DNA of 64,000 nucleotides from Amoebidium appalachense (Eukaryota; Protista; Ichthyosporea). Of the stretch, positions 61,560 to 64,000 are shown in pieces. The first letter of the stretch is position 1; the number at the start of each line of letters is the position of its first letter. Position numbers and translations under genes: made by a program. Location: NCBI GenBank assembly GCA_963693365.1, contig CAVNZM010000001.1, positions 1,435,827-1,499,826 on the forward strand. Reading direction: 5' to 3'. Under the pieces are notes generated by a model. The model made no database searches. It was given only the letters and a program-made list of their open reading frames with translations, and was not told where the DNA came from.

Positions 61560-62950
61560 TTTTGCCGCGCGGTACCCCTGATATTGTAGGTATACACTGC
61601 CCCCACAACCCCAACTGTGTGCTGAATATCTCGTGCTAGGAAACCAATAACGCGAAAGTAACACATGCTGCATGACATATGATGTATATGGTACAAGGGG
61701 GGTTTCAATCCGGGCTACAATGTTGTGTTTTTTTCGGGTGCCCCTCGTACTCCATAGGCACATTCACCATCCCCCACATAAACTTTGTGGTATATTTCTC
61801 GTGCCAGAAGCTGTTCTGTGGGTAGTTATTGAAAAACCAATAATGTCTAGGTAACATATGTACATATACTATGCTACAAGGGGGGTTCTATACGAGCTAC
61901 AACGTTGTGTTTTTTTTGTGTGACCCTCGTACTCCAGGGGTACATTCCCCATCCCCCCCAAAAACTGTGTGGTAAATTTCTCGTGCTAGAAGCTGTTCTG
62001 TGGGTAGTTATTGAAACAACCAATAATGTGGAAGCAACACATGTACATATACTATGCTACAAGGGGCGTTCTATTCGAGCTACAACGTTGTGTTTTTTTC
62101 GTGTGACCCTCGTACTCCAGGGGCACATTTACCATCCCCCCCATAAACTTTGTGGTAAATGTCTCGTGCTAGAGGCTGTTCTGTTGGTAGTTATTGAAAA
62201 AACAAATAATGTCTAGGTAACATATGTACATATACTATGCTACAAGGGGGGTTCTATACGAGCTACAACGTTGTGTTTTTTTCGTGTGACCCTCGTAATG
62301 CAGGGGCACATTCACCATCCCCCCCATAAACGTTTTGGTAAATTTCTCGTGCTAGAGGCTGTTCTGTGGGTAGTTATTGAAAAAAACAATAATGTCTAGG
62401 TAACACATGGACATATACTATGCTACAAGGGGGATTCTATACGAGCTACAACGTTGTGTTTTTTTCGTGTGACCCTCGTACCCCAGGGGCACATTTACCA
62501 TCCCCCCCATAAACGTTGTGGTAAATTTCTCGTGCTAGAGGCTGTTCTGTTGGTAGTTATTGAAAAAACAAATAATGTCTAGGAAACATACGTACATATA
62601 CTATGCTACAAGGGGGGTTCTATACGAGCTACAACGTTGTGTTTTTTTCGTGTGACCCTCGTAATGCAGGGGCACATTCACCATCCCCCCCATAAACGTT
62701 TTAATAAATTTCTCGTGCTAGAGGCTGTTCTGTGGGTAGTTATTGAAAAAACCAATAATGTCTAGGTAACACATGGACATATACTATGCTACAAGGGGGA
62801 TTCTATACGAGCTACAACGTTGTGTTTTTTAAATGTGACCCTCGTACTCCAGGGGCACATTCACCATCCCCCCTTATAAGTTGTGGTGAATTTCTCGTGG
62901 TAGAAGCTACTCTGTGGGTAGTTATTGAAAAAACTCAATGCTTATAAGTA
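61560..62950. repeat. 183-bp tandem repeat, about 7.5 copies
   Basis: ATGCTACAAGGGG recurs at 61871, 62054, 62237, 62420, 62603 and 62786, with diverged edge copies. Confidence 0.95.
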
Positions 62951-63187
62951 ACGCATCATGCGGCACAAATTGTCATCATACCATTATACTACCATCCGAG
63001 TTGGTCGACAATAACGATATATTGGGAACGTGGACACCATAATGTAAACCAAAAAATAATACCACCATAATATACTACACATACCTAACAATGTATTGTG
63101 AATGAATAAAATACTTGCTTACGTGCTGGTAAAATACGAGAAACAAGGATTCTCTCGCTCCTTTTTTTCTTCTTTTTTGTTTGTTTT

Positions 63188-63584
<397 letters not shown>

Positions 63585-64000
63585 ATCAATGATAAGCCGG
63601 CCATGTGTTTATCATGGCGCACCGGTAAATGAATGTGGCGATTATGTGTAAATATATAAACGGAAATACATTCTAAAAAAGGACTCACTCAACGAGATGA
63701 ACGAGCGTTACAAAACGTACGTGTCTGCCCCCCCCCTCCCCCCCCCCCCCCACCCAACCCCCCCTGTCTTCCCTCCTTCCCACTACGACCCCCCCCCCAC
63801 CCCCCCCTGCACGTGTCTAGGTGTATAGATCCTACAGGTAACGATGGCAGGGTTAGGGTTATTCAGTGAATAATAAAAACAGAGTGACAATACATAACCA
63901 ACTGCAGTGTGCATATGCGTGGATGCCCCAGTGATCGTGTTAATGGCCTATATAATCATCAGAGTGGTCATCATTAAAGCCCCATACGACCACCATAAGG

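Noticed and set aside
61560-62950. CRISPR-like array
   Set aside because: Whole 183-bp units repeat with no unique spacers, no cas genes are present, and the context is eukaryotic.
63849-63862. Telomeric TTAGGG repeat
   Set aside because: Only about two units, compatible with chance.

Overview
Eukaryotic, repeat-dense window with spliceosomal introns, long G/C homopolymers and (CA)n/(GA)n tracts. Most of it is nested retroelements. Two near-identical young Ty1/Copia elements (41872-47559, 49900-56259) both sit inside one intron-containing gene. That gene reconstructs to a putative DDE-type transposase carrying an inserted DEDDy (WRN/RNase D-like) 3'-5' exonuclease. The window also holds two non-autonomous Copia derivatives that share an internal region but have different LTRs, many solo or partial LTRs, and a 654-bp TRIM whose LTRs contain a tRNA-like Pol III unit. 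Other features are an APE-type LINE, a truncated Ngaro/DIRS-like tyrosine-recombinase retroelement, an intronless GT32-like glycosyltransferase, a possible multi-exon gene of unknown function, and a 183-bp satellite. All calls come from reading motifs, junctions and TSDs by eye; no database searches were run. Family labels A, B, C and D are my own.
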